From positions 6,671 through 70,670 of the forward strand of contig NZ_DASVUM010000268.1 of the NCBI RefSeq assembly GCF_036387035.1: a DNA stretch of 64,000 bases, in the 5' to 3' direction. A program made the translations under genes and the position numbers. Positions 1 to 11,222 of the stretch are shown piece by piece. Within the stretch, counting starts at the first letter, position 1; every line of letters begins with the position of its first letter. Origin of the DNA: Pseudomonas sp. (GTDB taxonomy: Bacteria > Pseudomonadota > Gammaproteobacteria > Pseudomonadales > Pseudomonadaceae). A model generated the notes under the pieces. The model saw nothing but the letters and a program-made list of their open reading frames with translations. It searched no databases and was not told the origin of the DNA.

Positions 1-386
1 GAGAACGCCGCGACGCCCGCCACCAGCGCGCTCTGGGACGGCAGTTCGTGCAGCTTGCCGCGGCCGCCGCCCAATTGACTGCGCGACTGCACGCTGGAAA
101 TCACCAGCATCGGGATTGAGTCCGCGTAAGCCTGGCCCATCGCCGTGGCGATGTTGGTCATGCCGGGCCCGGTGATGATGAAGCACACACCGGGCTTGCC
201 GCGGGTACGCGCATAACCATCGGCCATGAAGCCTGCGCCTTGCTCATGCCGCGGGGTAATGTGGGAGATAGTCGAACCCGCCAGCCCTCGGTAGAGCTCG
301 ACGGTGTGTACGCCTGGAATGCCAAACACCCGCTCGACCCCATAGCCTTCAAGCAACTTGACCAGCACTTCCCCGCACGTCGCCAT
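1..386 (-). CDS. aruI: ThDP-dependent enzyme, 5-guanidino-2-oxopentanoate decarboxylase-like (5' part; runs off the left edge)
   Basis: Manual translation from ATG at 386: MATCGEVLVKLLEGYGVERVFGIPGVHTVELY...PRHEQGAGFMADGYAR...ITGPGMTN, the ThDP-enzyme N-terminal motifs. RBS AGGA upstream. Not in the ORF track because it is truncated. Confidence 0.8.
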   Translation of the reverse strand, partial: MATCGEVLVKLLEGYGVERVFGIPGVHTVELYRGLAGSTISHITPRHEQGAGFMADGYARTRGKPGVCFIITGPGMTNIATAMGQAYADSIPMLVISSVQSRSQLGGGRGKLHELPSQSALVAGVAAF

Positions 387-503
387 GTGTCCGTCCTCTT
401 TATGAGCCTGCCAGAACCGGATCGCGATGGGCGAGGCATGATAAGCGAGCATTGAAACCGCAGCGCCGTATCGGCCACAACGCAAAAAATGTCATGCTTA
501 GCC

Positions 504-518
504 ATGTCTTAAGCTCAT
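504..518. promoter_or_regulatory. Putative LysR-type T-N11-A box (ATG-N9-CAT)
   Basis: ATGTCTTAAGCTCAT lies between the divergent aruI-like and LysR genes. Confidence 0.4.
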
Positions 519-532
519 GGCTGGCCTGCCGA

Positions 533-1420
533 ATGAAACGTCTTCCGCCCCTCCCCGCGCTGCACACCTTCCTGATCACGGGCAGGTGCTGCAATTTCAC
601 CCGGGCGGCCGAGGCGCTGCACATCACTCAGGGCGCGGTTAGCCGGCAGATTTCAGGGCTGGAAGCTCATCTGGGTTATCGGCTGTTCAATCGTCAGGCG
701 CGAGGCTTGAGCCTGACACAGCAGGGCCGGGAACTGTTGCCGCGCATCGAGCAGGTGTTCGGCCTGATCGAAGAGGCGGTGGATCGGGTCGATGCCAAAC
801 CGAGGGCGCTGCAGATCAAGGCGCCGACCTGCATCAGCCGTTGGTTGTTGCCGCGCTTGATGCAGTGGCACAAACAGCGGCCTGACGTGCCGGTGCAGCT
901 GACCACGACGAGCGCCCACACCGTGGATTTCCGTCAGGAAGATTTTGACGCCGCCGTGGTGTTCGGCCCGCACCCGGGTGATGCCAACCACGTACAACCT
1001 CTGTTCGATGAACAACTGACCCCGGTGTGCTCGCCGGCGCTGCTGTCCAGTCACCCGCTCGCTGATCCCGCCGATCTCGATCAGCATATGTTGCTGCACC
1101 CCAGCCTCGATGGGCGGGACTGGACGCTGTGGCTGAAGGCCGCTGGTGCGAAGCCAAGTCGTGTCGAGCAGGGCCAGCACTTCGACACGATGGACCTGGC
1201 GATGACCGTCGCGTCACAGGGCTCCGGCGTGGCCATGGGCGATTGGTCGCTGATCGGTCAGGACCTGAGCGCGGGGCGCCTGGTCATGCCCTTTGAGCTG
1301 AAAGTGCGAACAGGCGCCGCGTATTACTTCGTTCATCCCAAGCGAGCCGAGGCATCTGCGTCGCTCCCTGATCTGCTGGAATGGCTGTCAACGCAGGCCG
1401 CAGAACGCCGCATCGGCTGA
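533..1420 (+). CDS. LysR-family regulator (GcvA/AmpR-like)
   Basis: MKRLPPLPAL...NFTRAAEALHITQGAVSRQI HTH plus substrate-binding domain. Start moved to ATG 533. Confidence 0.92.
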   Translation: MKRLPPLPALHTFLITGRCCNFTRAAEALHITQGAVSRQISGLEAHLGYRLFNRQARGLSLTQQGRELLPRIEQVFGLIEEAVDRVDAKPRALQIKAPTCISRWLLPRLMQWHKQRPDVPVQLTTTSAHTVDFRQEDFDAAVVFGPHPGDANHVQPLFDEQLTPVCSPALLSSHPLADPADLDQHMLLHPSLDGRDWTLWLKAAGAKPSRVEQGQHFDTMDLAMTVASQGSGVAMGDWSLIGQDLSAGRLVMPFELKVRTGAAYYFVHPKRAEASASLPDLLEWLSTQAAERRIG

Positions 1421-1559
1421 ACAGCGAATGCCGGCTCTACTTCAACGGGCCGCCTGATAAAAACATTCAATCCCCCTCGCCCGGTGTGACGGCCAATAGC
1501 GACCTACACTGACAGTGTCCGCTCTGAATCAGCTGTCCTACCGGATCGAGGCAAGTGTC

Positions 1560-1736
1560 ATGAGAACCACAATAAAAAGACAATGCGTTTACGTCGTCGC
1601 CGTCGTCGGCGTGTTGAGCCTGTATGCCGCAGGTGCCTACCGAATCGAACAGATGCGACAGGCGCCCCGCATGGCGGTGGCCTGCACCATGGGGCATTGC
1701 GTCCCGACCGATGCGACATTCAGCGCACTTCGCTGA
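1560..1736 (+). CDS. Small (58 aa) membrane-anchored or secreted hypothetical protein
   Basis: GAGG RBS before ATG 1560, hydrophobic segment, C-terminal CTMGHC, RpoS-like CTACACT at 1504-1510. Confidence 0.55.
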   Translation: MRTTIKRQCVYVVAVVGVLSLYAAGAYRIEQMRQAPRMAVACTMGHCVPTDATFSALR

Positions 1737-1864
1737 CGGCACACGCTCGTCAACGTAACGCGTGAATCTTCACAGCCTGCTATCGATTAGCAAGCTAACG
1801 GACTAGACTCGGCCCATATTCCTGCGCGTGTTCAGCAGGTCAATCTGCCAGTCGAGTCCCCTCT

Positions 1865-3370
1865 GTGACGAGCCTCAATCAACCCCGTCCGGATATCCGC
1901 AGCATTCTTTTCGCGCTGATGATGGCCGTTTTCCTCAGCGCGCTAGATCAGACCATTGTCGCGGTCTCGATGCCGGCCATCTCTGCTCAATTCCAGGACT
2001 TCGATTTGCTCGCCTGGGTCATCTCGGCCTACATGGTCGCGCTTACCGTGGCCGTGCCCATTTACGGCAAACTGGGGGACTTGTACGGCCGGCGTCGGCT
2101 GATGCTGTTCGGACTGGCGACCTTTACCCTCGCCTCGCTGTTCTGCGCCATGGCCCAGAGCATGGAACAACTGGTGTTGGCACGGCTGCTCCAGGGCATC
2201 GGCGCCGGCGGCATGGTCTCAGTGAGCCAGGCGATCATCGGCGACATCGTCCCGCCCCGCGAGCGTGGCCGTTATCAAGGCTACTTTAGCGGGATGTACG
2301 CGGCGGCCAGCGTGGCCGGGCCAGTGCTCGGCGGCTTCATGACCGAATATCTGTCGTGGCGCTGGGTCTTCATCATCAACCTGCCGCTGGGGCTGGCGGC
2401 GTGGTGGGTCGCGCGCAAGACACTGGTCGGCCTGCCGATTCCCCAGCGCAAACCGGTGATCGACTACCTGGGCACGGTGTTAATGATCATCGGCTTGACC
2501 GCCTTACTGCTGGGCATCACCGAGATCGGTCAGGGCCGCAGCTGGCGCGATGAATCGGTGGTCATGCAATTATCCGTGGCCCTCCTGGCGCTGGTGATCT
2601 TTGTGCTGTATGAGCGCCGCACCCGCGAGCCGTTGTTGCCTATGCACCTGTTCGCCAACCGCAGCGCCGTGCTCTGTTGGTGCACCATTTTCTTCACCAG
2701 CTTTCAGGCCATTTCGCTCATCGTGCTGCTGCCGCTGCGCTTTCAGACCGTGACCGGTGGAGGCGCCGACAGCGCGGCGTTGCACCTGATGCCGCTGGCC
2801 ATCGGCATGCCCATCGGCGCGTATTTCGGTGGCCGGCGCACCTCGCTCACGGGGCGCTACAAACCCATCATCCTCACCGGCGCCGCCCTGATGCCACTGG
2901 CGATTCTCGGCATTGCGCTCACGCCGCCGCAGTCGGGCATTCTGACGAGCGTGTTCATGGTCCTCACGGGCATTGCCAGCGGGATGCAGTTCCCGACCTC
3001 GCTGGTAGGGACGCAGAACTCGGTGGACGTAAAAGACATGGGCGTGGCAACCAGCACCACGAACTTGTTCCGCTCCCTGGGCGGTGCGGTCGGCGTGGCA
3101 ACGATGTCGGCCCTGCTGCTGGCCATGCTCGCCGGTTCCGGCATTGCCCAGGTCGGCGGCAGCGCGATTCCCGGCGAAGGCTCGGGGAATCTGCTGATGG
3201 ACAGCCTGCATGCCGCCAGCGGCCCGGCGCTTGAACTGCTGCGCGGGCAGCTGTCAATGACCTTTCAGCACTTGTTGATGGGCAGCGCGGCCGTGTCACT
3301 GCTGGGGCTGTCGGCAGCGCTGGCGATGCCCAACCACCTGCTGCGGGGGCGGGACGACAAGGATCGGTAA
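1865..3370 (+). CDS. MFS drug:H+ antiporter (DHA2/MDR type)
   Basis: LDQTIV motif, GKLGDLYGRR motif A, WRWVFIINLPLG; 501 aa, highly hydrophobic. Confidence 0.92.
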   Translation: MTSLNQPRPDIRSILFALMMAVFLSALDQTIVAVSMPAISAQFQDFDLLAWVISAYMVALTVAVPIYGKLGDLYGRRRLMLFGLATFTLASLFCAMAQSMEQLVLARLLQGIGAGGMVSVSQAIIGDIVPPRERGRYQGYFSGMYAAASVAGPVLGGFMTEYLSWRWVFIINLPLGLAAWWVARKTLVGLPIPQRKPVIDYLGTVLMIIGLTALLLGITEIGQGRSWRDESVVMQLSVALLALVIFVLYERRTREPLLPMHLFANRSAVLCWCTIFFTSFQAISLIVLLPLRFQTVTGGGADSAALHLMPLAIGMPIGAYFGGRRTSLTGRYKPIILTGAALMPLAILGIALTPPQSGILTSVFMVLTGIASGMQFPTSLVGTQNSVDVKDMGVATSTTNLFRSLGGAVGVATMSALLLAMLAGSGIAQVGGSAIPGEGSGNLLMDSLHAASGPALELLRGQLSMTFQHLLMGSAAVSLLGLSAALAMPNHLLRGRDDKDR

Positions 3371-3388
3371 TCCCGTCCGGCGCGGCGG

Positions 3389-4249
3389 TCAGCCGCTGTA
3401 GAAACCCACCGCCACCAGGCAGTCACCGACTTTGCGCACGTAAGCGTGCTTGTGTTCGATCTTGCTGGTGACCGGGTTGCGCCAGCGGTATTCGTACTCG
3501 CCTTCGGGCTGTTGCTTGACCAGATCAAGCATCGGGATGCCGACCGGCTTGCCTTCCGGGTCCCTGACCTTGCTGAAATCGGTATTCACCAGCCTCAAGC
3601 TAGTGCCGTGGGCGACGTAGCGCTTGGTGTTCACGTTCACCACGAAGACATACAGATCGTCTTGCAAAAACCCACCCTTGAGGTCGTTGATCGCGCGAAG
3701 GGTGCCGTCCTTATCCTGTTCAAGCGCCTTGGACGCTCTGTCGAGCAATGCCCTCGCCTGCTCCGGCGAGGCGCGGGGCAAGTAGTAACCGACGGCTAGG
3801 ACACGATCGCCGATACGCTGAAAATACACTCGCTTGCGCTCGACTTTGCCGTCGCGCCAGTTCTGCCAGCGGTATTCGGCCTGCTGGATGCCGGCGTCTT
3901 CGGGTGTTTGCAGCACCTGTCTCAAGTTTTTTTGCAGCTCCGGGTCCAGCACCGACGACACGTCACGGCCGATCAACGCCACCGACGGTCCGCCGCTGGC
4001 GAGCATGATGCCCTTGGTATCGACGACAAAGACATAACGCTCGCCGTCGACAAACTCGCCCTGACGGCTGAACTCGGCCAGCGCCTTGTCGCTCTGAACG
4101 CGATATCGGGCAACAGCCTTTTCCAGCAGCGCCCTGGCCGCTGCGGCTTCCTGAAGCTCATCGCCTGCAGCCCATCCTTGCCCGACGCACAGAGCTGCAA
4201 GTGCGCCAATCAGGAGTTTTCTGCACGCGCTCATTGACACGACTGCCAT
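3389..4249 (-). CDS. Periplasmic protein of two tandem single-Cache domains
   Basis: Signal peptide then two repeats (YVFVVD...EYRWQN...VGYY and YVFVVN...EYRWRN...VGFY). Start uncertain (4249 or 4234). Confidence 0.8.
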   Translation of the reverse strand: MAVVSMSACRKLLIGALAALCVGQGWAAGDELQEAAAARALLEKAVARYRVQSDKALAEFSRQGEFVDGERYVFVVDTKGIMLASGGPSVALIGRDVSSVLDPELQKNLRQVLQTPEDAGIQQAEYRWQNWRDGKVERKRVYFQRIGDRVLAVGYYLPRASPEQARALLDRASKALEQDKDGTLRAINDLKGGFLQDDLYVFVVNVNTKRYVAHGTSLRLVNTDFSKVRDPEGKPVGIPMLDLVKQQPEGEYEYRWRNPVTSKIEHKHAYVRKVGDCLVAVGFYSG

Positions 4250-4438
4250 TGCTTCGCCCCCCAGTTTCTTGGTGATGGGGCAAGCGTAGTCGGGGGATTG
4301 CAATAGGGAAGTATTCGGCGCTTCGATGGGGCAGCAGGCCTGAATGGTCGCTGAATGACCCGGCAAACCGGGTAAAGCGAAGGTAAAGCGCCTGTTCAGT
4401 GAGGGTCAGGCGCGGTATAGATACAGGCCAAGCGCCAC

Positions 4439-5095
4439 TTAGCTGGCCGTTTTAACAGCGCCGGGATCGCGTAACGCCGGGCTGAAGCGCAGCATGTCGA
4501 GAATGCCGTCGACCAGGCGCTCTGCGTCGTCTTGCAGCGAGAAGCTTTCCGGTACGAGCAGCCATTGGCCAAGGATGCCGTGTATGTAAGCGTGCAGGCA
4601 GATCGCGGCGCGTTGAGGGTTCAGGTCAGCGGGGAGCTGTCCTTGACGGGAAGCATTGCCCAGCGCCAAGGCAATTCGCTCGTTGGCGTCGAGCCAGACA
4701 AATTGCCGCTGTTGCCGCATGTCACACATTTCGTCGGTGAATTCGAATTTATGAAAGAGAATTTCGTTGATGCGGCGGGTTTTGGGGTCGCTGGCAACTT
4801 GTTGAAACAAATGGGTGAGAAGCTTGCGCGTCCATCCCAGTGGGTCCACTTCGTCTTCGCTTTCGCTTGCCTTGGCCATTTCTTCAAGGGGCTCATGCAG
4901 GCTGTCGAGCATCGCCTGGACCAAGTCGGCCTTATTGCTGAAATGCCAATAGATCGCGCCGCGAGTCACGCCCGCCAGGGTCGCGATGTCCGCCAGCGTC
5001 GTGCGGGAAACCCCTCGATCGTAGAAAGCCTGCTCGGCAGCTTCGAGGATCTGCTTGCGCGTTTCCTGAGCTTCTTCTTTCGTGCGTCGGACCAT
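4439..5095 (-). CDS. ttgR: TetR-family repressor of the RND pump (TtgR/EmhR/AcrR-like)
   Basis: [13 protein letters not shown]...[11 protein letters not shown]; divergent from the RND operon. Confidence 0.92.
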   Translation of the reverse strand: MVRRTKEEAQETRKQILEAAEQAFYDRGVSRTTLADIATLAGVTRGAIYWHFSNKADLVQAMLDSLHEPLEEMAKASESEDEVDPLGWTRKLLTHLFQQVASDPKTRRINEILFHKFEFTDEMCDMRQQRQFVWLDANERIALALGNASRQGQLPADLNPQRAAICLHAYIHGILGQWLLVPESFSLQDDAERLVDGILDMLRFSPALRDPGAVKTAS

Positions 5096-5234
5096 GGCAG
5101 TAAAAACCTCTATGAAAATGCCTCAGGCACTCTGGTCGAGTGGCCTGTACAGCACGTCGGGCGGCCTTTGTAATGCCTTGTCCCGGACCTACAATCGATA
5201 CCCTCGGTGCGTTGGAGTGTCGCACTCGTGGGTG

Positions 5235-5270
5235 TTTACAAACAACCGTGAATGTAAGTATATTCATTAG
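5235..5270 (+). promoter_or_regulatory. ttgABC promoter and TtgR operator
   Basis: TTTACA-N18-TATATT within TTTACAAACAACCGTGAATGTAAGTATATT, closely resembling the P. putida TtgR operator as I recall it. Confidence 0.7.
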
Positions 5271-5349
5271 CATGCTACTTATCCAGCAGGAACACTTTCC
5301 CGTCCCTTTCAACTTTTCATGAGTTCAGGCTCCTGACCCGAGGATCTTC

Positions 5350-6510
5350 ATGCAATTCAAGCCAGCTGTTACCGTACTGGTCACTGCCGTCGCCCTGGCA
5401 ACGCTGCTCTCCGGATGCAGCAAGAAGGAAGAAGCGGCTCCAGCACCACCGCCCCCTCAGGTCGGCGTCGTTACTCTGAAAACCCAGGCGTACACCCTGA
5501 CCTCTGAACTTCCCGGCCGGACCACCGCGTTCCGTATCGCCGAAGTGCGTCCGCAAGTGAACGGCATCATTCTCAAGCGGCTGTTCACCGAAGGCGCAGA
5601 CGTCAAAGCCGGTCAGCAGCTCTACCAGATCGATCCGGCCGTTTACCAGGCCACTCTGGACAGCGCCAAAGCGACCTTCGAATCTTCCAACTCGCTCGCC
5701 GGCCGCTACAAGCAGCTGATCAACGAGCAAGCCGTCAGCCGTCAGGAATACGACACGGCGGTGGGTTCGGCTCGCGAAGCGAAGGCTGCTGTGCAAACTG
5801 CGGAAATCAACCTGCGTTACACCAAGGTCTATGCGCCGATCTCCGGCCGCATTGGTCGTTCGCTGGTAACGGAAGGCGCGTTGGTCAGCAATGGTCAGGC
5901 CGATGCAATGGCCACCATTCAGCAACTGGACCCCATCTACGTCGACGTGATCCAGTCTTCGGCCGAAATGCTCAAGCTGCGTCGTGAGCTGGAAAGCGGC
6001 AAGCTGCAGAAAGCCGGCGACAACGCCGCCAAGGTCAAGCTGGTGCTGGAAGACGGCAGTCTGTACCCGATCGAAGGCAAGCTTGAGTTTTCCGAAGTCT
6101 CGGTCGACCAGACCACTGGCTCCGTGACCCTGCGCGCCGTGTTCCCGAACCCTGATCACACGCTGCTGCCGGGCATGTTCGTGCACGCACGACTGCAATC
6201 GGGCGTGGCAGAGAACGCGATTCTGGTGCCGCAGCAAGGCATCACCCGTGACCTCAAAGGCACCCCGACCGCCCTGGTGGTCAACGCCGACAACAAGGTT
6301 GAGACCCGCACTCTGGTTGCCAACCGCACCATCGGCAGCGACTGGCTGGTCGAGAAAGGCCTGAACGCCGGTGATCGCGTGATTACCGAAGGGCTGCAAT
6401 ACGTCAAGCCAGGCGCGCAAGTGAAAGTGGCCGAAGCCACCAACGTCAATGCAGCTAACCCGGCACCTGCCCCGGCAACTGATAAAGCCGCAGGCAGCAA
6501 AGGGGAGTAA
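5350..6510 (+). CDS. ttgA: RND periplasmic adaptor lipoprotein (TtgA/MexA/EmhA)
   Basis: Lipobox LSGC, AEVRPQVNGII, APISGRIG motifs. Confidence 0.95.
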   Translation: MQFKPAVTVLVTAVALATLLSGCSKKEEAAPAPPPPQVGVVTLKTQAYTLTSELPGRTTAFRIAEVRPQVNGIILKRLFTEGADVKAGQQLYQIDPAVYQATLDSAKATFESSNSLAGRYKQLINEQAVSRQEYDTAVGSAREAKAAVQTAEINLRYTKVYAPISGRIGRSLVTEGALVSNGQADAMATIQQLDPIYVDVIQSSAEMLKLRRELESGKLQKAGDNAAKVKLVLEDGSLYPIEGKLEFSEVSVDQTTGSVTLRAVFPNPDHTLLPGMFVHARLQSGVAENAILVPQQGITRDLKGTPTALVVNADNKVETRTLVANRTIGSDWLVEKGLNAGDRVITEGLQYVKPGAQVKVAEATNVNAANPAPAPATDKAAGSKGE

Positions 6511-6513
6511 TTC

Positions 6514-9500
6514 ATGTCGAAATTTTTTATCGACCGGCCGATTTTCGCGTGGGTAATCGCCCTCGTGATCATGCTGGTGGGGACGCTGTCGATCCTCAAG
6601 CTACCGATCAACCAATACCCGGCCATTGCACCACCGGCCATTGCAATCGCCGTAACCTACCCGGGCGCCAACGCGCAAACCGTGCAGGACACCGTCGTTC
6701 AGGTGATCGAGCAGCAGCTCAACGGCATCGACAACCTGCGTTATGTGTCATCGGAAAGTAACTCCGACGGCAGCATGACCATCACCGCGACGTTCAACCA
6801 GGGTACCAACCCGGACATCGCGCAGGTTCAGGTGCAGAACAAGCTCAACCTGGCCACCCCGCTGCTGCCGCAAGAAGTGCAGCAACAGGGTATCCGCGTG
6901 ACCAAGGCCGTTAAGAACTTCCTGATGGTCGTCGGTCTGGTGTCCGAAGACGGCAGCATGGGCAAGGAAGACTTGTCCAACTACATCGTGTCGAACATGC
7001 AGGATCCGATCTCCCGTACCTCCGGTGTGGGCGACTTTCAGGTGTTCGGTGCTCAGTACGCCATGCGTATCTGGCTCGACCCGGCCAAGCTGAACAACTT
7101 TCAGCTGACGCCGGTCGACGTCAAGACGGCCATCACCGCCCAGAACGTTCAGGTGTCTTCCGGCCAGATTGGCGGCCTGCCTGCGCTCAAGGGCCAGCAG
7201 CTGAACGCCACGATCATTGGTAAAACCCGTCTGCAGACTGCCGAGCAGTTCGGCAACATTCTGCTGAAGGTCAATCCAGACGGTTCCCAGGTTCGCCTCA
7301 AAGACGTTGCCAAAGTCGGTCTGGGCGGCGAGAACTACAGCATTGACGCGCAGTTCAACGGCAAGCCGGCTTCGGGCCTGGCGATCAAGCTGGCAACCGG
7401 CGCCAACGCGCTGGACACCGCCAAGGCGATCCGCGCCACGATTTCCCAGCTGGAACCTTTCTTCCCGCCGGGCATGAAAGTGGTTTACCCGTACGACACC
7501 ACACCGGTCGTTCAGGAATCCATCACCGGGGTTGTTCACACCCTGGGTGAAGCGATCATCCTGGTGTTCCTGGTGATGTACCTGTTCCTGCAAAACTTCC
7601 GCGCCACGATCATCACCACGATGACCGTGCCAGTGGTATTGCTCGGCACGTTCGGGATCCTCGCCGCCGCCGGCTTCACCATCAACACGCTGACCATGTT
7701 CGGGGTGATCCTGGCCATCGGCTTGCTGGTGGACGATGCCATCGTTGTGGTGGAGAACGTCGAGCGAGTCATGGCGGAGGACAAACTGTCGCCGCGAGAC
7801 GCCACGATCAAATCCATGGAGCAGATTCAGGGCGCATTGGTGGGCATCGCGCTCGTGTTGTGTGCGGTTCTGTTGCCGATGGCGTTCTTTGGTGGCTCCA
7901 CGGGTGTGATCTACCGGCAGTTCTCGATCACCATCGTTTCGGCGATGGCGCTCTCGGTACTGGTCGCGCTGATCTTCACGCCGGCGTTGTGCTCCACCCT
8001 GCTCAAGCCAATCGATCACGAGAAGCACGGGCAGCCGAAACGTGGATTCTTTGGCTGGTTCAACCGTACCTTCGACCGCAGCGTAGTGAGCTACGAGCGC
8101 GGCGTCGGCAACATGCTCAAGCACAAGATTCCGGCCTTCATCGTTTACGCGCTGATCGTTTGCGGCACCATCTGGATGTTTACCCGCATTCCGAGTGCTT
8201 TCCTGCCGGAAGAAGACCAGGGCGTTATTTTCGCCCAGGTGCAGACACCACCGGGCTCTTCAGCAGAACGTACGCAAACCGTCATCGACAACATGCGTAA
8301 GTACCTGCTGGAAGAAGAATCCGGCGCAGTGAATTCGGTGTTTACCGTCAACGGCTTCAACTTCGCCGGTCGCGGTCAGAGTTCCGGTCTGGCGTTCATC
8401 ATGCTTAAACCCTGGGGCGATCGTGACGCGTCCAACAGTGTGTTCGAGCTGGCCAAACGCGCGCAGCAGCATTTCTTCGGCTTCCGCGATGCAATGACCT
8501 TTGCTGTCGTACCGCCTGCGGTATTGGAGCTGGGTAACGCCACCGGTTTCGACGTTTATCTGCAGGATCAGGGCGGCGTGGGTCACGCCAAACTGATGGA
8601 AGCGCGTAACCAACTGCTGGGCATGGCGGCACAGAGCAAGATTCTGGCCGGTGTGCGCCCGAACGGTCTGAACGATGAGCCGCAGTATCAACTGGTCATC
8701 GACGACGAACGTGCGCAGGCGCTGGGCCTGAGCTTGTCGGACATCAACACCACGCTGTCCATCGCGATGGGTGGCAACTACGTCAACGACTTCATCGACC
8801 GCGGTCGGGTCAAGAAGGTGTACGTCCAGGGCGATGCCAGCGCGCGGATGAAGCCCGAAGACCTGAAGAAGTGGTACGTGCGCAACAGCGCCGGCGAGAT
8901 GGTGCCGTTCGCCTCATTCGCCACCGGGGAGTGGGTGTTTGGTTCGCCGAAGCTGTCGCGTTACAACGGTGTACCGGCAGAAGAAGTGCTCGGGACGCCG
9001 GCGCCGGGCTACAGCACCGGTGAGGCAATGGCCGAGGTCGAGCAATTGGCCAAGAAGCTGCCAGCCGGCGTTGGCCTTTCCTGGACGGGTCTGTCTTATG
9101 AAGAGCGTCTGTCGGGTTCCCAGGCACCTGCCCTGTACGCGTTGTCCATTCTGATCGTGTTCCTGTGTCTGGCGGCGTTGTACGAAAGCTGGTCGATTCC
9201 GATCGCGGTGTTGCTGGTGATCCCGCTTGGGGTTATCGGTGCGCTGATCGCGACGAGCTTGCGTGGCCTGTCCAACGACGTGTTCTTCCAGGTGGGTCTC
9301 TTGGTGACGGTGGGTCTGGCGGCGAAAAACGCCATTCTGATCGTCGAGTTTGCCAAGGAGCTGCACGAGCAGGGCAAAGGCATCGTCGACGCGACCATCG
9401 AAGCGTGCCGGATGCGTCTGCGGCCCATCGTGATGACGTCCATGGCGTTCATCCTCGGTGTGGTCCCGCTGGCGATTTCCTCGGGCGCCGGTGCAGGTAG

Positions 9501-9648
9501 CCAGCATTCGATCGGTACGGGCGTGATCGGCGGTATGATCACTGCCGTTATTCTCGCGATCTTCTGGGTACCTTTGTTCTTCGTTTCGATATCCTCGCTG
9601 TTCAAGGGCAAACAGAAACACACTCCACACGATGAGGCTGGCCAATGA
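6514..9648 (+). CDS. ttgB: RND inner-membrane transporter (TtgB/MexB/EmhB)
   Basis: [38 protein letters not shown]; 1044 aa. Confidence 0.97.
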   Translation: MSKFFIDRPIFAWVIALVIMLVGTLSILKLPINQYPAIAPPAIAIAVTYPGANAQTVQDTVVQVIEQQLNGIDNLRYVSSESNSDGSMTITATFNQGTNPDIAQVQVQNKLNLATPLLPQEVQQQGIRVTKAVKNFLMVVGLVSEDGSMGKEDLSNYIVSNMQDPISRTSGVGDFQVFGAQYAMRIWLDPAKLNNFQLTPVDVKTAITAQNVQVSSGQIGGLPALKGQQLNATIIGKTRLQTAEQFGNILLKVNPDGSQVRLKDVAKVGLGGENYSIDAQFNGKPASGLAIKLATGANALDTAKAIRATISQLEPFFPPGMKVVYPYDTTPVVQESITGVVHTLGEAIILVFLVMYLFLQNFRATIITTMTVPVVLLGTFGILAAAGFTINTLTMFGVILAIGLLVDDAIVVVENVERVMAEDKLSPRDATIKSMEQIQGALVGIALVLCAVLLPMAFFGGSTGVIYRQFSITIVSAMALSVLVALIFTPALCSTLLKPIDHEKHGQPKRGFFGWFNRTFDRSVVSYERGVGNMLKHKIPAFIVYALIVCGTIWMFTRIPSAFLPEEDQGVIFAQVQTPPGSSAERTQTVIDNMRKYLLEEESGAVNSVFTVNGFNFAGRGQSSGLAFIMLKPWGDRDASNSVFELAKRAQQHFFGFRDAMTFAVVPPAVLELGNATGFDVYLQDQGGVGHAKLMEARNQLLGMAAQSKILAGVRPNGLNDEPQYQLVIDDERAQALGLSLSDINTTLSIAMGGNYVNDFIDRGRVKKVYVQGDASARMKPEDLKKWYVRNSAGEMVPFASFATGEWVFGSPKLSRYNGVPAEEVLGTPAPGYSTGEAMAEVEQLAKKLPAGVGLSWTGLSYEERLSGSQAPALYALSILIVFLCLAALYESWSIPIAVLLVIPLGVIGALIATSLRGLSNDVFFQVGLLVTVGLAAKNAILIVEFAKELHEQGKGIVDATIEACRMRLRPIVMTSMAFILGVVPLAISSGAGAGSQHSIGTGVIGGMITAVILAIFWVPLFFVSISSLFKGKQKHTPHDEAGQ

Positions 9649-11111
9649 GCAAGTCCCTGATCTCGCTGGCGGTCACCGCGTTCATTCTCGGCGGCTGCTC
9701 GTTGATCCCCGAATACAATCAGCCCGCCGCGCCGGTGCCGGCTCAGTTTCCGCAAGGTCCGGCCTACGCGCCGGCCCAGGCGGCAAACCAGGCGGCGGCC
9801 GAACAAGGCTGGCGTCAGTTTTTCCATGACCCGGCGCTGCAGCAACTGATTCAGACGTCGCTGCAAAACAACCGTGACCTGCGCGTTGCAGCCCTGAACA
9901 TCGACGCCTACCGCGCGCAGTACCGCATTCAGCGTGCGGACCTGTTTCCCGGTGTGGCAGCCTCCGGCACTGGCACCCGTCAGCGCGTACCGGGCGATCT
10001 TTCGCAAACGGGCCAATCCGGTATCACCAGTCAGTATTCGGTGGGTCTGGGCATCAGTTCCTATGAGCTGGATCTGTTCGGCCGGGTGCGCAGCCTGAGC
10101 GAGCAGGCGCTGCAGACCTACTTCGCCGGTGAAGAAGGCCGTCGCAGTACGCAGATCAGTCTGGTGGCCAACGTTGCCAACGCCTATCTGACGTGGGAAG
10201 CGGACAAAGAACTGCTGAAGCTGACCCAGGACACCCTCGGGGCGTTCGAGGAAAGCCTGCGTCTGACCTCGCGCAGCAACGAAGTGGGCGTGGCGTCGGC
10301 GCTGGATCTGGCGCAGTCGCGCACCTCCGTCGAGAGCGCCCGCGTCAAACTGGCTCAGTATCAGCGACTGGTCGCACAGGACGAGAACAACCTGGTGCTG
10401 CTGCTGGGCACCAGCTTGCCGGCCAACCTGCCGGCGTCAAAGCCGTTGAGCGCTGACATGCTCAACGAAATGCCAGCGGGCCTGCCTTCGGAACTGCTCC
10501 AGCGTCGTCCGGATATTCTTCAGGCCGAATACAGCCTGAAAGCGGCCAACGCCAACATCGGCGCCGCACGCGCCGCGTTCTTCCCCAGCATCAGCCTTAC
10601 CGCCAGTGCGGGTACCGCGAGCGGCGATTTGAGCGGGCTGTTCAAGGGCGGTTCGGGCACGTGGTTGTTTGAACCGACGATCAATCTGCCGATCTTCAAC
10701 GCGGGCAGTCTGCGCGCAAGCCTCGACTACTCGAAGATCCAGAAAGACATCGGCGTCGCCAACTACGAGAAGGCGATTCAGACCGCGTTCCAGGAAGTGT
10801 CCGACGGCCTGGCCGCACGCAAGACGTTCACCGATCAGCTCAAGGCGCAGACGGATTTCGTCAACGCCAACCAGGATTACTACCGTCTGGCCGAGCGTCG
10901 CTATCGCATCGGGATCGACAGCAACCTGACCTTCCTCGACGCCCAGCGTCAGTTGTTCAGCGCGCAGCAGTCGTTGATCACCGATCGCCTGTCGCAGCTC
11001 AACAGCGAGGTCAATCTGTACCGCGCGCTGGGTGGCGGCTGGTACGAACAGACCCCGACTGGCGAACGCCAGCCGACGGCGGGTGATGTGCCATCCACCC
11101 GATTGTTCTGA
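9645..11111 (+). CDS. ttgC: Outer-membrane efflux lipoprotein (TtgC/OprM/EmhC)
   Basis: Lipobox [25 protein letters not shown]; ATGA overlap with ttgB. Confidence 0.95.
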   Translation: MSKSLISLAVTAFILGGCSLIPEYNQPAAPVPAQFPQGPAYAPAQAANQAAAEQGWRQFFHDPALQQLIQTSLQNNRDLRVAALNIDAYRAQYRIQRADLFPGVAASGTGTRQRVPGDLSQTGQSGITSQYSVGLGISSYELDLFGRVRSLSEQALQTYFAGEEGRRSTQISLVANVANAYLTWEADKELLKLTQDTLGAFEESLRLTSRSNEVGVASALDLAQSRTSVESARVKLAQYQRLVAQDENNLVLLLGTSLPANLPASKPLSADMLNEMPAGLPSELLQRRPDILQAEYSLKAANANIGAARAAFFPSISLTASAGTASGDLSGLFKGGSGTWLFEPTINLPIFNAGSLRASLDYSKIQKDIGVANYEKAIQTAFQEVSDGLAARKTFTDQLKAQTDFVNANQDYYRLAERRYRIGIDSNLTFLDAQRQLFSAQQSLITDRLSQLNSEVNLYRALGGGWYEQTPTGERQPTAGDVPSTRLF

Positions 11112-11124
11112 TTCAACGCCCATG

Positions 11125-11154
11125 AAAAAACCCACCAATTGGTGGGTTTTTTTT
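11125..11154. terminator. Bidirectional intrinsic terminator (ttgC / pcaD)
   Basis: AAAAAACCCACC-AATT-GGTGGGTTTTTTTT. Confidence 0.9.
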
Positions 11155-11222
11155 GCCTGCCAAAAAGCCATGAGAACCGCGACGACTACCGTTGCGTTAC
11201 CGGCTGCCCTCGCAGGCCATGG

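Noticed and set aside
5317-11171. Long antisense ORFs over ttgABC (for example 5317-6420 and 6748-8124)
   Set aside because: Shadow frames caused by GC-rich codon bias of the real genes; no motifs or RBS.
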